From an uncultured Fidelibacterota bacterium (lineage in GTDB: Bacteria; Fidelibacterota; Marinisomatia; Marinisomatales; UBA1611), in the NCBI GenBank assembly GCA_913040915.1, contig CAJWHW010000021.1, positions 1 through 39,140 on the forward strand: a stretch of 39,140 nucleotides of DNA, given 5' to 3'. The notes below the pieces were generated by a model that made no database searches, was not told where the DNA came from, and saw nothing but the letters and a program-made list of their open reading frames with translations. The translations under genes were made by a program, and so were the position numbers. This document shows, one piece after another, positions 38,020 to 39,140 of the stretch; within the stretch, counting starts at the first letter, position 1, and each line of letters starts with the position of its first letter.

Positions 38020-38882
38020 AAATTTTGATTACTGGTGCTTTCGGTCAGTTGGGTACTGCTATTTATAATAATTTTACCGAAGATATGGAAATAATTCGTA
38101 CAGGTCGGGTTGTGCCTAAATCAGAAACTGGGATTGTTTTGGATATAAGGGATAAGATTTACCTAAAAGAATGTATTAACGCCGTTTCACCTGAAATAAT
38201 ATTAAATCTTGCTGCAATGACTGATGTAGATAGTTGTGAATTAAACCCTAATATTGCAAAAGAGATTAATATTGCTGGCGTACAGCATCTTTGTGATTCA
38301 TTTGATGGAAAAATAATTCAACTATCTACTGATTATGTCTTTGACGGTGAAAATGGTCCTTATTCTGAATGTGACAATGTGAATCCAATATCTATCTATG
38401 GTAAAACTAAATTAGCTTCTGAAAAGATTTTAATGGATAAAGATCCAAATCATCTTATTGTTCGAGGAAATGTAATTTATGATAACACTCCAAACACACA
38501 ATCAAGTTTTTTAAATTGGGTGGTGCACTCTTTAGAAAATAATAAGCAGATAAAAGTTGTTGATGATCAGATTAATAACCCAATATGGGCGCAATCCATG
38601 GCTGAAATACTTAAACTTTGTATTGAAAATAATATGTCAGGTATAGTGCACTGGGGAGGTGCAGATTATTTGAATCGTTACGAATTTTCCTTAAAAATAG
38701 CAAAGAAATATGAATTAGATGAAAAATTAATAGAACCCATTAAAACAACTGACTTAAAACAGGCAGCACCAAGACCCTTGAATTCTGGTCTCAAAACCGA
38801 TAAGTTGAATGAGTTAATCAATGTAGTCCCACCTACAGTTGATGATTGTTTAAAAGCAATAATAAAAACCACTGATACATGA
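38016..38882 (+). CDS. rfbD: dTDP-4-dehydrorhamnose reductase family SDR
   Basis: TGAFGQLG, AAMTDVD, STDYVFDG, YGKTK, VDDQ, APRP. Confidence 0.88.
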   Translation: MKILITGAFGQLGTAIYNNFTEDMEIIRTGRVVPKSETGIVLDIRDKIYLKECINAVSPEIILNLAAMTDVDSCELNPNIAKEINIAGVQHLCDSFDGKIIQLSTDYVFDGENGPYSECDNVNPISIYGKTKLASEKILMDKDPNHLIVRGNVIYDNTPNTQSSFLNWVVHSLENNKQIKVVDDQINNPIWAQSMAEILKLCIENNMSGIVHWGGADYLNRYEFSLKIAKKYELDEKLIEPIKTTDLKQAAPRPLNSGLKTDKLNELINVVPPTVDDCLKAIIKTTDT

Positions 38883-39140
38883 AAACATTAGTTATATCGC
38901 CTACATATAACGAAAGTAAAAATATTCAGGCCTTGGTAGAGCAAGTGCTTGACCCTAATCCTGATTTTCACTTACTTATTATTGATGATAATTCTCCTGA
39001 TGGCACAGCACAATTAGTAAAAGAATTACAAAAAAATTATAATAATTTGTTTCTTGAAGAGCGTCCTGGCAAAGCAGGTTTGGGTACAGCTTACGTATAT
39101 GGGTTCCAATGGGCCTTAAAAAGAAAATATGAAGCAATTG
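38879..39140 (+). CDS. polyprenol-monophosphomannose synthase (DPM1-like GT2), truncated by the window end
   Basis: Not in the ORF track. Reads MKTLVISPTYNESKNI...IIDDNSPDGTA...RPGKAGLGTAYVYGFQWAL; ATGA overlap with rfbD. Confidence 0.88.
   Translation, partial: MKTLVISPTYNESKNIQALVEQVLDPNPDFHLLIIDDNSPDGTAQLVKELQKNYNNLFLEERPGKAGLGTAYVYGFQWALKRKYEAI

Noticed and set aside
211..38872. Short ORFs of 60-105 aa in the track (e.g. 211-411, 1511-1813, 2386-2703, 18813-19100, 22733-23041, 28378-28680, 31649-31858)
   Set aside because: All are antisense or out-of-frame shadows of well-supported genes and carry no motifs

Overview
AT-rich (roughly one-third GC by eye), very gene-dense bacterial chromosome segment. 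Gene content and order (sigma-54 activator-lptE pair, DUF4837, DUF1611 + epimerase, DPM1-like GT2) suggest an FCB-group organism, possibly a marine Marinisomatota; this is an inference. The window opens with the 3' end of a tRNA (probably Leu). Long + strand operons of mostly housekeeping genes follow: acpS, nnr, recN, murA, trkAH, crotonase, DUF1611 + epimerase, mce, uvrC, uvrB, galE, sigma-54 activator, lptE, asnS, acyP, nadE, lepA, lgt, rfbD-like and a partial GT2. I found no mobile element, prophage or CRISPR array. Most notable: (1) the only minus-strand gene encodes a secreted protein with a strictly 6/8-periodic D(S/T) repeat; (2) a tightly coupled envelope cluster of lgt, a beta-propeller, a ~1085-aa barrel with SprA-like modules, an Omp85-like protein and a DUF4837 lipoprotein; (3) an LptE with an acidic Ca-binding-type insertion; (4) a DUF861 cupin pseudogene missed by the ORF track; (5) a probable CTG-start gene; (6) a shared TCCGTAATTT element implying leaderless uvrB and lepA mRNAs. 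All family calls come from motif recognition, not database searches.
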